DNA of 64,000 bases, from IMG/VR virus record IMGVR_UViG_3300047546_001881, positions 11,717-75,716 of that record. The stretch is one strand, 5' to 3'. Source of the stretch: a virus. Made by a program: the position numbers and the translations under genes. The notes beneath the pieces are model-generated. The model saw only the letters and a list, made by a program, of their open reading frames with translations, was not told the DNA's origin and ran no database searches. Position 1 is the stretch's first letter; the number at the start of each line of letters is the position of its first letter. Below are positions 15,514-25,351 of this stretch, in pieces.

Positions 15514-17592
15514 ATGTTTTTAAATACAATTTCTACTGAAAAGAAAATTAGAACTTTCTCTCTTAGTAATAACTTTCTTGATAGTTATGTTGATACTCAA
15601 CCAAAGTGGGGACCTGTCGGATACTTCACTTATAAAAGAACTTATGCAAGAGCATTAGAAAATGGTGACACAGAAGAGTTCTGGCAAACCTGTAAGAGAG
15701 TTGTAGAAGGCGTTTATAACGTTCAGAAACAACACTGCAAATCAATCTCACTCCCATGGGATGATCGTAAAGCCCAGCTCTCTGCACAAGAAATGTTTAA
15801 GAGAATGTGGGAATTTAAGTTTCTTCCTCCAGGAAGAGGCTTATGGAGTATGGGTACTTCTATCATTGCAGAAAAAGGTGGCGCTGCATTAAATAATTGC
15901 GGCTTCGTAACTACTGCAAACATTGATATAGACTTTGCAGATCCATTTTGTTTCCTAATGGATATGTCAATGCTTGGTGTTGGAGTTGGTTCTGACACAA
16001 AAGGTGCAGGCAAAGTAAACATTATTCCACCTAAAGTTGGTGGCACTTTTGTTGTAGAAGATTCAAGAGAAGGTTGGTGCGCTCTTCTTAGAGTAGTACT
16101 TGATGCACATATAGGTAAGGGTATTCTTCCTAGAATAATTGATTATTCTAAGGTCAGACCTCTTGGCGCTATCATTAAAGGTTTTGGCGGTATAGCCTCT
16201 GGACCTGGTCCTCTTGTTAAGATGATTGATTCTATCTGCAAAGTATTAGAAGTTCAGGCGCCTACTCCTATTACTTCTTCTATGATTGTTGATATTCACA
16301 ATCTAGTAGGAGCTTGTGTAGTTGCCGGCGGTGTACGCCGTACTGCAGAGATTATGTTTGGTGACTGGAAAGACGAAAACTTCAGGAATCTAAAAGATCC
16401 AACTGATCTTAACAACTGGTCATCTGAACTTTATTCTTTAACTTCTTCAGAAGATACTTTTGAAGGCAAGGAAGAAAGAATAGAAGAGCTAAAACACTTA
16501 ATTGAAAACCATCCTTTACGTACTCATAGATGGGCAAGTAATAACTCCATCTTTGGTCAAATAGGTATGGACTACACAAAGGTTGCAGAATCTTTAGCTA
16601 AAAATGGTGAGCCAGGTATTATCTGGCTAGCTGCTATGAAAGATTATTCAAGAATGAATGATCCTAAAGATGAGAAAGATTACAGAGCTGCAGGTTGTAA
16701 TCCATGCGCTGAGCAAACACTTGAAGATAGAGAACTTTGCTGTCTAGTAGAAACATTCCCTGCTAATCACTCAAGTGCAGAAGATTATTTAACTACTCTT
16801 AAGTATGCATATCTTTATGCTAAGACAGTTACTTTAATACCTACTCACGATGAACGTACAAACAGAACCATGATGAGAAATCGTAGAATCGGTTGCTCTC
16901 AAACTGGTATTCAGCAAGCAATAATTAAGTTTGGTAGAAGAACATTCTTAAATGATTTCTGTGATGCAGGTTACAAAAGAATTCAGAATCTAGATCTCTC
17001 TTATTCAGAATGGTTAGCTGTACCAAGAAGCATTAAGACTACTTCTGTTAAACCAAGTGGAACAGTAAGTCTTCTTTGTGGAGCTTCAGCAGGTATTCAT
17101 CATCCACATAGTGAATATTATATTCGTAACATTACAGTTCAAGAAACAAGTCCACTTGTTCAGGCCTGTATTGATGCAGGATACCAAGTAGAGAAGTATG
17201 TTTATGCTGGCAATACTATGGTTGTATCTTTTCCAGTAAAAGAAGAAAACTTCTCTGCTTCCAAAAAAGATGTAAGTATCTGGCAACAGTTTAAAGACGC
17301 TGCAGATCTTCAAGCTTATTGGGCAGACAACCAAGTATCAGTTACTGTAACATTTAAAAAAGAGGAAGAGAGTCAGATTAAACTATGTCTTGAATCTTTC
17401 GAGGACAAGCTTAAGTCTATCTCTCTACTACCTCTAGTAGAGCACGGTTACGTACAAGCTCCTTACATTGAAATAACTAAAGAGCAATACGAAGCTATGA
17501 TTCAGAATATTAAACCTTTAATACTCAACTTCAACACACATGAAAAAGATGACAACTATTGTGATGGTGGAGCCTGCGAGATTAAATTATGA
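15514..17592 (+). CDS. nrdJ: Class II (adenosylcobalamin-dependent, monomeric RTPR-type) ribonucleotide reductase
   Basis: PPGRGLW, LNNC, NPCAEQ, TTSVKPSGTVS, C-terminal CDGGAC redox pair. Confidence 0.95.
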   Translation: MFLNTISTEKKIRTFSLSNNFLDSYVDTQPKWGPVGYFTYKRTYARALENGDTEEFWQTCKRVVEGVYNVQKQHCKSISLPWDDRKAQLSAQEMFKRMWEFKFLPPGRGLWSMGTSIIAEKGGAALNNCGFVTTANIDIDFADPFCFLMDMSMLGVGVGSDTKGAGKVNIIPPKVGGTFVVEDSREGWCALLRVVLDAHIGKGILPRIIDYSKVRPLGAIIKGFGGIASGPGPLVKMIDSICKVLEVQAPTPITSSMIVDIHNLVGACVVAGGVRRTAEIMFGDWKDENFRNLKDPTDLNNWSSELYSLTSSEDTFEGKEERIEELKHLIENHPLRTHRWASNNSIFGQIGMDYTKVAESLAKNGEPGIIWLAAMKDYSRMNDPKDEKDYRAAGCNPCAEQTLEDRELCCLVETFPANHSSAEDYLTTLKYAYLYAKTVTLIPTHDERTNRTMMRNRRIGCSQTGIQQAIIKFGRRTFLNDFCDAGYKRIQNLDLSYSEWLAVPRSIKTTSVKPSGTVSLLCGASAGIHHPHSEYYIRNITVQETSPLVQACIDAGYQVEKYVYAGNTMVVSFPVKEENFSASKKDVSIWQQFKDAADLQAYWADNQVSVTVTFKKEEESQIKLCLESFEDKLKSISLLPLVEHGYVQAPYIEITKEQYEAMIQNIKPLILNFNTHEKDDNYCDGGACEIKL

Positions 17593-18038
17593 TTCTTAAG
17601 TATTCAGAAATTATACCTGTCAAAACTCCTATAAGAGCCAATCCATCAGATGCTGGACTGGATATCTTTTGTGCAGAAGATATAGATGAAATTCTTATTT
17701 CTAGAAACTCAAACAAAGTATTAAGAACTGGTCTGAAGTTTGAGATACCACACGGCTATATGCTTATGGTATGTAACAGGAGTAGTGTTGCTAGCAAATA
17801 TAACTTAGTTGTTGGCGCACACATTGTAGACTCTGGCTACAATGGCGAACTTTTTATTGATCTTCATAACATTGGTGACGCTGATCAAGTAATTACTCGC
17901 GGTCAAAAGATTGCTCAAGTAGTACTTGTACCAATTGTTCCTTTTATACCAATGCTTGTTCCAGAAGATAACCTATACAATGTTCCATTAACTATTTCTA
18001 ATAGAAAAGATGGAGCAATGGGTAGCACTGGAATATGA
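17589..18038 (+). CDS. dut: Trimeric dUTPase
   Basis: DAGLDI, RSS, IVDSGYNGE, IAQ, RKDGAMGSTG. Confidence 0.95.
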   Translation: MILKYSEIIPVKTPIRANPSDAGLDIFCAEDIDEILISRNSNKVLRTGLKFEIPHGYMLMVCNRSSVASKYNLVVGAHIVDSGYNGELFIDLHNIGDADQVITRGQKIAQVVLVPIVPFIPMLVPEDNLYNVPLTISNRKDGAMGSTGI

Positions 18039-18640
18039 ACATAGAACTAGACTTTGGTTCTAACGAGCTTGATTTAAGAAGGCTAATGAGAGCAATTCTT
18101 GATCAAGCTATTGATGATTATGTAAAACTACAGCATCCTGCTTCAAGAAAAAAGAAGTATATGCAAGAAGCTTTTGAATCTTCAGTAAATATGTTCTTTG
18201 ATGAAACATATACATTCATGTATCTTTGTGACGATGATGACGATCCTATGGATTTTTCAGAATTCATTCACAAACTAATGGATGATGATAGAGTAGAAGC
18301 TCGTAAAATACGTAATCATGTAGTAACTCTTGCAAAAACATTTTGGGATAATAAGCTAGTGAATACTATTTCTATACCAAGTACAGTTCAATATGAAGGT
18401 AATGTCTATCAAGTTAGACATACAGAAACTGCAAGAGAGTTTGGCGTAGACTTTGATAACAAGACTTTGTCAATCAATAAAAGTTTACGCACAACAGAGA
18501 ATCAAGAAAACTTTCTTTTACTTTGCTTAAAGATAGTTTGTTTTCACGAAGATATTAAAATACCTTTAGCATCTTTAAACAAGCTTAGTGGTTCTATCTT
18601 TAAATTACTAAAGATGAACTCATGCTTTATAGGTGCTTAA
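18035..18640 (+). CDS. Hypothetical protein
   Basis: ORF with ATGA overlap; no intact catalytic motif. Confidence 0.65.
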   Translation: MNIELDFGSNELDLRRLMRAILDQAIDDYVKLQHPASRKKKYMQEAFESSVNMFFDETYTFMYLCDDDDDPMDFSEFIHKLMDDDRVEARKIRNHVVTLAKTFWDNKLVNTISIPSTVQYEGNVYQVRHTETAREFGVDFDNKTLSINKSLRTTENQENFLLLCLKIVCFHEDIKIPLASLNKLSGSIFKLLKMNSCFIGA

Positions 18641-18641
18641 C

Positions 18642-19676
18642 ATGTCTACATTGGGAGCCGACATTCCTACTTACTATTCTATCAATAGTGAGACAGTTGT
18701 TGATTCTGGTTGGACTGTAAAAGAGTTTTTAGTTCCACAAGAAGGAATCATTAAAAGAGTTAGAGCAGGCGTTGAACAAGGCGCGGCTACTTTTGATTTA
18801 GCTTTTGCTACTTCAAATGTATTCAGCACAAAGAATATCTTTCTTATGTACTCTAATATAGATACAGAAGTGATGTTCTTAGATTCAAAAGAGAACTTGT
18901 ATTACAAAGTTCCACTACCAACTGAAACGCCTACAGATCCTGATCAAAACTTTGTTTATACTTCTACTGGTAAAGCCATTTATTTAAAGTACTTTTCTAA
19001 GTTGAAAGAATTTTATAAAGTATATTCTTCTTTTACATCTCAAGATCATCAAGAAGCAGTCTCAATTATTAATCAAATAATTTCTTTAAAAAGAGCACAA
19101 GCTTCTCTATCAAAAATAAATGGAAAAATATCAGAGTATAATGAATACAAGGAAGAAGCTGTATCTTTAGAAAAGATAGCAGAGCAACATCAGACTGCTG
19201 CCTCTCGCGGCACAACTGTACAAGAAAATAATTTTTCTAATAAAACTCTGCTTCCAATCTATATATGGCTAAACGTTAAAAGTGGAAATAAAAAGATTTG
19301 GTATCAACTTGACATAGAAAATGTAAACAATGATAATGTATGCTCAGTAGAGGGAAGTAGTTCGAAGTATCGAACTGTTCCGGAAAATCCAATCTGTTGT
19401 GCTTCATCCAATGGTGAAGTTGTTCATGAAATATCTCTTGGAACTCTAGCAAGAATAGATCTGACACCTAGACTTGATGGCACCACTACCACCTTTACTT
19501 TGCAAGAAAAGATTTATGGCGATGTAGTTATGTTGTCCTTGAATGGACAGTTACTCGGCATGAATATGGACTTTACTTTTGATAAAGAAACTAACTCTGT
19601 GTCTCTAATAGAGGCACCAGAGACTACCGATGTAGTGATCCTACATTATATTAATCAACCAATCTATAACTTGTAA
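18642..19676 (+). CDS. Putative virion-associated protein with a C-terminal beta-sandwich domain
   Basis: DGTTTTFTL...LSLNGQLL...DFTF...APETTDVVILHY domain, common in phage fibre/baseplate proteins. Confidence 0.55.
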   Translation: MSTLGADIPTYYSINSETVVDSGWTVKEFLVPQEGIIKRVRAGVEQGAATFDLAFATSNVFSTKNIFLMYSNIDTEVMFLDSKENLYYKVPLPTETPTDPDQNFVYTSTGKAIYLKYFSKLKEFYKVYSSFTSQDHQEAVSIINQIISLKRAQASLSKINGKISEYNEYKEEAVSLEKIAEQHQTAASRGTTVQENNFSNKTLLPIYIWLNVKSGNKKIWYQLDIENVNNDNVCSVEGSSSKYRTVPENPICCASSNGEVVHEISLGTLARIDLTPRLDGTTTTFTLQEKIYGDVVMLSLNGQLLGMNMDFTFDKETNSVSLIEAPETTDVVILHYINQPIYNL

Positions 19677-19688
19677 CAGGATAATACC

Positions 19689-20705
19689 ATGGCACTCGTA
19701 AAACAACTCAAACTAAAGCAGCTCGATATCGTATCATACGTTGAGGGCGAAGTTGCCGAAGAAGCAGCTCGCGCTCTTGCCGCTGAAGGCGTTCTTGCTG
19801 CAGACCTAGCTGCAGAGGCAGCCACTCGTGCTGCCGATGACGCTACTCTACAAGGCAACATCGACGCAGAAGAGGCCCGTGCTCTTGCTGCAGAAGGTGT
19901 CCTCGCTGCAGATCTAGCAGCCGAGACAGCTGCTCGTATTGCAGATGTAGACGCTGAGGAAGCTCGTGCAATTGGCGAAGAGGGTCGTATTGAGACCAAG
20001 TTTGACGGTGAAGTTGCAGATCTCGAGGCTGCTGTTGCAGCCGAGACTTCTGCTCGCGAATCCGCAGACGACAACCTCCAGAGCCAAATTGACAACATTC
20101 TCAGCAACGTCGATCCAGCTGCTCTCGATTCTCTAACCGAGATCGTAGCTGCTTTCCAGGCTGCTGACGGTGATCTACAAACTTCAATCACTACTCTTTC
20201 TAGCGATGCTGCTGCTGATCGCGCTGCAATCCGTTCCGAGTTTGCCGCTGCCGATGCAACCCTACAGGGTAACATTGATGCAGAGGAAGCTCGTGCAATG
20301 GCTGCAGAGGGCGTTCTACAGGACAACATCGACGCTGAGCAGGCTGCTCGTGAAGCAGCAGTTACCGCTGAAGCTGCTACTCGTCTAAGCCAAGACACTC
20401 TAGTTAAAGGCTTTGCCGATGGCATCAAAGTTAAGAGCTTCCAGCTTGCTGGTAACTCCGGTAGCTTTACTGTTAACGGCGCCGACAAAGAGTGGACTCC
20501 TAATCTAACCAACAAACAGCTAAAGAGTGCTGTAAGCATGTACCTCAACGGCCAGAAGCTTGTTGCAACTGGCGGCGGTATCACTGGCGACTTCTCTGCA
20601 GATCCAAGCACTGGCAAAGTTGTCTTTGCTTCAAGCATGGTTGATGCAGCTGACGTTGTTGTATTCGAGTACCTCGAGTCAGCAACCGCCCCAACCCTCA
20701 GCTAG
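19689..20705 (+). CDS. Ala/Glu-rich repetitive coiled-coil fibre-like virion protein
   Basis: Repeats EEARALAAEGVL(AADLAAE) and ATLQGNIDAEEAR; DPAALDSLTEIV motif of phage fibres; C-terminal YLNGQKL domain; GC-rich codons. Confidence 0.75.
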   Translation: MALVKQLKLKQLDIVSYVEGEVAEEAARALAAEGVLAADLAAEAATRAADDATLQGNIDAEEARALAAEGVLAADLAAETAARIADVDAEEARAIGEEGRIETKFDGEVADLEAAVAAETSARESADDNLQSQIDNILSNVDPAALDSLTEIVAAFQAADGDLQTSITTLSSDAAADRAAIRSEFAAADATLQGNIDAEEARAMAAEGVLQDNIDAEQAAREAAVTAEAATRLSQDTLVKGFADGIKVKSFQLAGNSGSFTVNGADKEWTPNLTNKQLKSAVSMYLNGQKLVATGGGITGDFSADPSTGKVVFASSMVDAADVVVFEYLESATAPTLS

Positions 20706-20737
20706 TAATAGCTTAAGTAATTAAGTAATTAATTACT

Positions 20738-20770
20738 GGGGGCTACCCTCAAAAGGGGTAGCCCCTTTCT
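20738..20770 (+). terminator. Rho-independent terminator
   Basis: GGGGCTACCC-TCAAAAG-GGGTAGCCCC-TTTCT. Confidence 0.85.
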
Positions 20771-20795
20771 ATTTATAGAAGTTACAGAGGATACT

Positions 20796-21089
20796 ATGTT
20801 AAAAAAGATATTAGTAAACCTTTCTACAAGAACACTACCCAGTGCATGGGAGAAGTCTCTTAGAGACTCAAGTCCATTTCCTACTGGAGAGTTCTTGCTT
20901 CTTGCTCAGAAGACTAAAGCAAAGAATTACGAAAAAGAATTAAAGACTGATAAAGCTTCTTTCACTAAGGCACTTTATGTATTATTCGTAAATATAAATA
21001 CTGCTCTTAGAGATAATGATAAGGACTTGCTTAAGACAAGTTTAGTTGAACTAAATAAACTTACTTTATTATGGATATCATTGTTATGA
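20796..21089 (+). CDS. Hypothetical protein
   Basis: SD GAGG. Confidence 0.6.
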   Translation: MLKKILVNLSTRTLPSAWEKSLRDSSPFPTGEFLLLAQKTKAKNYEKELKTDKASFTKALYVLFVNINTALRDNDKDLLKTSLVELNKLTLLWISLL

Positions 21090-21682
21090 AATTTAATCTT
21101 GAAACTGCCAAGACTAAAATATCTAACAACTTATTTAACCTTATGTCTAAACAAACTTCAGATCTAGTTTCTAAAAAGCTAACTCTGTATGTCAAAAGTA
21201 CAGAGGCAGTAGAAATGGTTCAAACTTTGGTTAATCGTTATGACGAAGCAATTGAAACCATAACTAAATTAATGAAGATGAATAAGAACTCTCAAGATCA
21301 TCTTAAGAGTCAAGTGGATATTTCTCTAGAAAGAATAACTAACCTTTCTAATCTTTTGAAAGATTTCCAAAAAGAAACTAAAGATATTTTGACTCAGTTA
21401 AATAAGAAGACTCCACCCAACGTATGGAAAACAGAAGTTCTTTCCGTTAGCACTTCTTTTTCTAGATACAGGGTTGACGGTAAGTTCTTTGCGTTTACAA
21501 TTAAAGATGAGTTAACCCCAGCATCTGTAAATGAATGCGTCAAAGTTCATCTTGATGGCATTCTACTAATGCATGGTAGTGACTACTCTATTGAGCCTTC
21601 GGAGACTTCAGTTACTTTTCAGTTTGCTGAAGACTTACGCAAAGACTCAATTGTTGTCTTAGAATTACTTAAAGATATTTAA
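21086..21682 (+). CDS. Coiled-coil protein with a C-terminal beta-sandwich domain (virion-associated?)
   Basis: VKVHLDGILL...SDYSI domain similar to those in the 18642 and 19689 proteins. Confidence 0.55.
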   Translation: MKFNLETAKTKISNNLFNLMSKQTSDLVSKKLTLYVKSTEAVEMVQTLVNRYDEAIETITKLMKMNKNSQDHLKSQVDISLERITNLSNLLKDFQKETKDILTQLNKKTPPNVWKTEVLSVSTSFSRYRVDGKFFAFTIKDELTPASVNECVKVHLDGILLMHGSDYSIEPSETSVTFQFAEDLRKDSIVVLELLKDI

Positions 21683-22109
21683 GCGCTTTCTTAAAAGCAT
21701 CTTGAGGCAACGTTTCTATTAGTTCACTAGAGTTATATTCTTTATCTGCTCTGTGAATTATTAGCCTGGAACCTACCTGCTTTACAGCAGGTAGTTCCGG
21801 GAGCGTTTCCTCGCTGTAGTCCGGCCCCTTTATATAAATCTTTGGTCTTAATCTTAAGATTAATTTACTTGGGTCATCTTCTAAAAAGACAACTACGTTG
21901 TCTATATATTTACAAGAGTTCAAGACATAGCTTCTATCTACAAGCTGAACTGCTTTATCTCCGTACTTTTTAATTAAGTACGGATCTGCATTTATGCCTA
22001 CCGTTACTTTTCCATACCTAGCAGCAAACTCAAATAATCTTACATGCCCAGCGTGCATGATATTAAAAGTTCCAGTAACTAATACTTCAGTTTCTTTAAG
22101 AGGTGACAT
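21669..22109 (-). CDS. Sugar-phosphate nucleotidylyltransferase (HldC/RfaE domain II or TagD-like)
   Basis: GTFNIMHAGH (HxGH), VGINAD, RPKIYIKGPDY, NSSELI. Confidence 0.85.
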   Translation of the reverse strand: MSPLKETEVLVTGTFNIMHAGHVRLFEFAARYGKVTVGINADPYLIKKYGDKAVQLVDRSYVLNSCKYIDNVVVFLEDDPSKLILRLRPKIYIKGPDYSEETLPELPAVKQVGSRLIIHRADKEYNSSELIETLPQDAFKKALKYL

Positions 22110-22681
22110 TGCTATTATTTTTATCCTTGATGGTATTCTTAGAAACCATGTTTATTATACACATGATTTCACAACATAAAGCTTCATATCAAGACATTAA
22201 AACAAAAACTGAAAAAGAATGCAGTCTTTATGCTGCAAGTCTTGAAACAGAATATAAGCTTAAGCTTGATGAAGAGCTTAATAGATATAGACAAGAAATA
22301 GCTGAACGTGAAGAAAAATACAAAGAACTTTTCTATAAGAACGAAGTAGCTAAGATTAGAAGCGATACTCTAAAGAAGAGTGAAAAGATTTCTAGAGGCT
22401 TTACTGTAGAAAACTTTGCGCCATTCTTACAAGAGAAATACAACCCTACTGATTTCAGACATATTGGCGATCCAGTAGATTATTTAATAATTGATGGATT
22501 AACAGATGTAAATCAAGGGGTAAGTAATGAGATTAGAGGAATAGTCTTATTAGATATAAAGACAGGTTCCTCTAAAATGAATAAAGTACAAAGAAGAATA
22601 AGAGACGCAGTTGCTGAAGGCAAAGTGTCTTTTGAAATATTTAATCCAGATATAGATGAACCAGAAGACAATCAATCTTAA
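22103..22681 (+). CDS. Membrane-anchored endonuclease related to archaeal Holliday junction resolvase (Endonuc_Holl-like)
   Basis: N-terminal TM helix, coiled coil, FAPFL...DFRHIGDPVDY...DIKTG...QRRIRDAV; exact start uncertain. Confidence 0.8.
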   Translation: MTLLLFLSLMVFLETMFIIHMISQHKASYQDIKTKTEKECSLYAASLETEYKLKLDEELNRYRQEIAEREEKYKELFYKNEVAKIRSDTLKKSEKISRGFTVENFAPFLQEKYNPTDFRHIGDPVDYLIIDGLTDVNQGVSNEIRGIVLLDIKTGSSKMNKVQRRIRDAVAEGKVSFEIFNPDIDEPEDNQS

Positions 22682-22696
22682 AAGTAGGAATTAAAC

Positions 22697-23761
22697 ATGG
22701 CTAAAAACATTACTGGTATTGCAGAGATTGATGTAATTGCTAGAGCTCTTGCAAAGAAGTTTGGAAGAGATTCAATTATGTCTATGGGTCCTCAAATTGT
22801 TGCCTGTGACACTGTTACCACAGGTAGTACTTCTTTAGATTGTACAATTGGTGTAAATGGTTTCCCGACAGATCGCATCATAGAAATCTTCGGTCCAGAA
22901 AGTGCAGGTAAGACTTCTCTTGCTCTGCAATTTATGAGACAGTATCTACAGAACAAAGGTTATCAAAGGCCGCCCGTATTCATTGACTTAGAAAGAACCA
23001 CAAGTCTTGATTTGATTAAGTCTATGGGTATTGATGCAAGCAAAGTAATCTTCTGTTACCCTGATACTGCAGAAGAAGCTTTGCAGATTGCGGTTGATCT
23101 TGGTAAAAGCGGAGCCGTTGGTCTTGTTGTCTTTGACTCTGTAGATGCAGCTCAAACAGAGAAAGAGACTAATCGTTCAATGAACGAAATGGGTGTTGGC
23201 GACTTACCTAGAATAATGAGTAAGTCACTACGCACACTTTCTAAGGTGTGCGTAGATAGTAAGGTTTGTTACATTTTTATCAATCAGATACGTATGAAGA
23301 TTGGCGTCATGTATGGAAATCCAGAGACAACTAGCGGCGGTAATGCTTTGCCCTACTATGCGTCTTTGAGACTTAGAGTAACCTCTAAGCCCTCTGCAAC
23401 AGCACCTAATATCTTAGATATGAAAGTAAAAGTTATTAAGAATAAGCTAGCTCCTAGAACTTCTGATTCTGCTGAGTTTGAATTCATTGCGGGTCAAGGT
23501 ATAGATCCCTATGGAGACTTAATTTCTTTTGCTAAAGCTCTTGGAATTATTAGATTTGCAGGTTCAGCAGTTAAGCTAGCTATACCAGGACAAGATGAAA
23601 CTACTATGTGCACAGGAGGAAAAGTTGGAGCACAAGAAGCTATTAGATCAGATGAACAGTTGTATAAGCGTATTTCAGAAGCATGCAGAGCAAAATCCAC
23701 TATACAAGGTGGATCTCCAGATGCTGACGAGCCTGAAGAACAGAATACAGCTGACGAATAA
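22697..23761 (+). CDS. recA: RecA recombinase
   Basis: EIFGPESAGKT, FINQIRMKIGVMYGNPETTSGGNALPYYAS, KNKLAP. Confidence 0.97.
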   Translation: MAKNITGIAEIDVIARALAKKFGRDSIMSMGPQIVACDTVTTGSTSLDCTIGVNGFPTDRIIEIFGPESAGKTSLALQFMRQYLQNKGYQRPPVFIDLERTTSLDLIKSMGIDASKVIFCYPDTAEEALQIAVDLGKSGAVGLVVFDSVDAAQTEKETNRSMNEMGVGDLPRIMSKSLRTLSKVCVDSKVCYIFINQIRMKIGVMYGNPETTSGGNALPYYASLRLRVTSKPSATAPNILDMKVKVIKNKLAPRTSDSAEFEFIAGQGIDPYGDLISFAKALGIIRFAGSAVKLAIPGQDETTMCTGGKVGAQEAIRSDEQLYKRISEACRAKSTIQGGSPDADEPEEQNTADE

Positions 23762-24071
23762 AGCTACATTCGAGAATATAGATGAAGCTTTAAGTATTTT
23801 AAATAAGTTTGATAAGCTTCTAGCCTCTAGTAACCAAGAGGAGCTAGAAACAATGTCTTCTATTCAAGATACTTGCCCAGTAACAGAACAAAAGTTATTT
23901 GAGGTATTGGAATCCGGCAGTCACAACTACTTAATAACTCATGGTCTTTGTGACATATGCAACAAGTATTACGCTAAAAGCGAATTGTGTTTAGCAGAGG
24001 GTATTGACTTTCCTTCTTGGCCGCTTAGATTTATCAACACTACTTGTAAAATCTGTTTCGATAAACAATAA
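23721..24071 (+). CDS. Small Cys-rich hypothetical protein
   Basis: CDIC...CKIC pairs; start uncertain. Confidence 0.55.
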   Translation: MLTSLKNRIQLTNKATFENIDEALSILNKFDKLLASSNQEELETMSSIQDTCPVTEQKLFEVLESGSHNYLITHGLCDICNKYYAKSELCLAEGIDFPSWPLRFINTTCKICFDKQ

Positions 24072-24082
24072 ATAGGAAGTTA

Positions 24083-25351
24083 ATGACAACGAACCCCTTT
24101 GTCCATTTACATCTCCATACTGAATACTCACTCTTAGATGGTATAAATAGAATAAATTACTTGCCTAAATATATTAAAAGTATTGGTCAAGAAGCAGTTG
24201 CCATGACAGATCATGGCAACGTTTCTGGTAGCTACTCTTTCTACAAGCAATGCAAGAAAGATGGCGTCAAACCAATCATAGGAATGGAATCTTACTATAC
24301 TGTACAAGATAGATCTGTTAAAGAAGTAGATGACTTAGGTGAGTCTTATTATCATCTTGTTTTGATTGCTCTTAATAACACTGGTCTTAAAAATCTATTT
24401 AAGCTTTCTTCTTTAGCTTACACTGAAGGTATGTATAGAAAGCCAAGAATAGATGATGCTCTGCTTGGCGACTTATCTGAAGGTCTCTGTGCGACTTCCT
24501 CTTGCCTAGGAAGTCGCGCTTCACAACTTATCCTAAATGGTAAAGCGTCAGAAGCTGAGAAGCTAATTCATCATCATGCAGCTTTATTTAATAAGAAGTT
24601 CTTAATTGAACTGCAGCTACATGAGATGGAAGATCAAAAGAAAGTTAATCAAGTACTATTAGATATAGCTAACAGAAATAACTATCCAATCATTCTAACG
24701 AATGATTGTCACTACACTCATCCAGTAGATAAAGCTTTACATGAGATTGCTTTGTGTATGCAAACCAAAAGTACTCTTTCTGATGAAAAGAGATTTACAT
24801 TTGGAGATATAGACGTACACGTAGCAAGCCATGACTGGATGTGGCAAAGAGCTCAAGAAGCAGGAATACCTTACGATGCAATAAGTAACACTGCTGCTTT
24901 AGCAAATATGGTTAATAGTAAAGATTATTTCTCTGATAGAAAGAATAGATATCCTCAATTCAAAGACCTATATGAAGGCATGAATAGTTCTGAACATTTA
25001 GAAATATTAGCTAAACAAAAGCTATATGAAAGGTTTGGTACTATGCCTCCCAAAGAGTACAGAGAAAGACTAGATTATGAGTTAAAAGTAATTAAGAAGA
25101 TAGGCTTCTCTGATTATATGCTGATTGTTTGGGAATTTCTAAAAGGTGCAAGAGACTCTGGTGTAGAAGTTGGTCCAGGAAGAGGTAGTAGTGGCGGAAG
25201 CTTAGTAGCTTACGCCTTAGAAATAACTAACTTTGATCCAATTAAATACGGACTAGTGTTTGAGAGATTCCTGAATATCGGAAGAGCTGCTCAACCACTA
25301 ATCTTTAATGATGAAATGTATGCTCAAGTAGAAGCTAATCTTAAAGACTAA
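24083..25351 (+). CDS. dnaE: DNA polymerase III alpha (DnaE), N-terminal part (PHP domain and start of palm)
   Basis: HLHLHTEYSLLDG, TDHG, TNDCHY, GPGRGSSGGSLVAYAL, FERFLN, then stop. Confidence 0.95.
   Translation: MTTNPFVHLHLHTEYSLLDGINRINYLPKYIKSIGQEAVAMTDHGNVSGSYSFYKQCKKDGVKPIIGMESYYTVQDRSVKEVDDLGESYYHLVLIALNNTGLKNLFKLSSLAYTEGMYRKPRIDDALLGDLSEGLCATSSCLGSRASQLILNGKASEAEKLIHHHAALFNKKFLIELQLHEMEDQKKVNQVLLDIANRNNYPIILTNDCHYTHPVDKALHEIALCMQTKSTLSDEKRFTFGDIDVHVASHDWMWQRAQEAGIPYDAISNTAALANMVNSKDYFSDRKNRYPQFKDLYEGMNSSEHLEILAKQKLYERFGTMPPKEYRERLDYELKVIKKIGFSDYMLIVWEFLKGARDSGVEVGPGRGSSGGSLVAYALEITNFDPIKYGLVFERFLNIGRAAQPLIFNDEMYAQVEANLKD

Noticed and set aside
18360-18640. Zincin-like metallopeptidase in the C-terminal half of 18035-18640
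   Set aside because: The strand pattern is suggestive, but there is no HExxH motif
19664-20638. 324-aa antisense ORF
   Set aside because: Shadow of the Ala/Glu-rich, GC-rich fibre gene on the + strand; no independent features
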